Notes under the pieces: generated by a model
Databases searched by the model: none
The model's input: only the letters and a program-made list of their open reading frames with translations
Told to the model about the DNA's origin: nothing
Made by a program: the position numbers and the translations under genes
NCBI GenBank assembly: GCA_038042445.1
Contig: JBBTED010000156.1
Coordinates: 1 to 29,512 of the forward strand
Direction of reading: 5' to 3'
Source of the DNA: Candidatus Firestoneibacteriota bacterium
GTDB lineage: Bacteria; Oederibacteriota; D2-FULL-39-29; JBBTED01
Length of the DNA: 29,512 nt
In this document: positions 28,618 through 29,512 of the stretch, in pieces
How the letters are laid out: every line of letters begins with the position of its first letter
Numbering within the stretch: position 1 is the first letter of the stretch

Positions 28618-29334
28618 TTATTCGCTCATAAAATATTTTTTTATTTCATCTGCTGTTAAATCTTCATTGTAAATTCTATATTCATCTATGGTTGCACCTT
28701 TATTACCTATATTGTTTTTAATAAAAAACGTTTTTGGATTAGTCTGCTCAGGTATTTTCCATTGTGCATCAATAAAACTGGATAAACTTCCATTAATATA
28801 TAATTTTATCCCTGTTTTGTTATTCCAGGTTAAAACTATATATGACCACTCATTTTCAGGCAATATGCTTGTTTCCCATTTATTAATATTTTCTTTATCT
28901 TGACCATTAGCAGTTGTTATTACTCTATATTGAAACACTTTTTTTTCTGTATTGGATTTATAAAAATCAAAATACTGTACGTATGGTTTAAAATTAAAAT
29001 AATAAGCAAAAAAGGAAAATCCGGTATTGTCATCTTGTGTAAATTTTGGATTTATCCAGAAAGACAAAGAACCTTTCTCAGGATTGAATTCATCAATACC
29101 ATAATTAATCCTGCTATTTTCACCCAGATATAATCCTTCACCTTTATAGCCTTTTTCTATGCTTAATTCTCCTGTTGTTGCATATGGTTTTAATTTGCTA
29201 TTTTGGGAAAAATCAGCATCCATTCCTTTATCATAAGATGCATAAAATATAACATTTGGTTTTTCTGCCCAAACGCAAAAATTTAGCGTTATAATGACAA
29301 CAGCAATACACATTACCACTATTACTTTTTTCAT
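28618..29334 (-). CDS. Secreted single-domain LamG-like protein, paralog of 16761-17474
   Basis: First 13 aa identical to the paralog; shared GYKGEGLYLGENS, EKGSLSFWI and IVLTWNNKTG. SD AAAGGAGG. Confidence 0.85.
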   Translation of the reverse strand: MKKVIVVMCIAVVIITLNFCVWAEKPNVIFYASYDKGMDADFSQNSKLKPYATTGELSIEKGYKGEGLYLGENSRINYGIDEFNPEKGSLSFWINPKFTQDDNTGFSFFAYYFNFKPYVQYFDFYKSNTEKKVFQYRVITTANGQDKENINKWETSILPENEWSYIVLTWNNKTGIKLYINGSLSSFIDAQWKIPEQTNPKTFFIKNNIGNKGATIDEYRIYNEDLTADEIKKYFMSE

Positions 29335-29374
29335 AATCGTTCCTCCTTTATATTACATTAAAACTTGCACTCAA

Positions 29375-29512
29375 TTATTCACATAAATCTGATGGGTTTC
29401 CTCGTTTATAAAGTACTGGTCTTTCATTTGATGGAACAACAATTTTTTTATCACTCGTTATTTCTATAATAGGGAAAAATGTCCTGTAATTAAGGAAACT
29501 TAACCCCATTGC
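29375..29512 (-). CDS. Probable 3' end of an upstream gene, function unknown
   Basis: Frame open from the window edge: AMGLSFLNYRTFFPIIEITSDKKIVVPSNERPVLYKRGNPSDLCE-stop, co-oriented with the cluster. Confidence 0.55.
   Translation of the reverse strand, partial: AMGLSFLNYRTFFPIIEITSDKKIVVPSNERPVLYKRGNPSDLCE

Noticed and set aside
1088..29133. Short antisense or alternative-frame ORFs (for example 2905-3294, 6957-7592, 18745-19089, 22506-22832, 23337-23648)
   Set aside because: They lie largely or wholly over well-supported genes and show no recognisable motifs; treated as shadow ORFs.

Overview
AT-rich bacterial chromosome segment centred on the replication origin. Left arm (minus strand): a probable operon of a core (folate-independent type) methionine synthase, trxA, a DUF1015 protein and dppB/dppC-type permeases. 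Plus strand: a TauE/SafE transporter, a radical SAM/SPASM protein, dnaA-dnaN-recF with DnaA-box clusters on both sides of dnaA, and a lone cobQ. The usual rpmH/rnpA/yidC and gyrB neighbours are absent. Right 17 kb (all minus strand): a putative carbohydrate-use locus. It holds a LacI regulator with candidate TAGTAA-N4-TTACTA operators, a broken secreted PQQ-propeller/LamG/FN3/CTD gene, two paralogous secreted LamG proteins, two very large GH2-like proteins and a disrupted UroD-family gene. Nine intergenic loci carry GTAG- and TGTC-tagged REP-like palindromes, often as heterodimers nested inside one another. All product calls come from motif recognition by eye; no searches were run and the taxon is not established.
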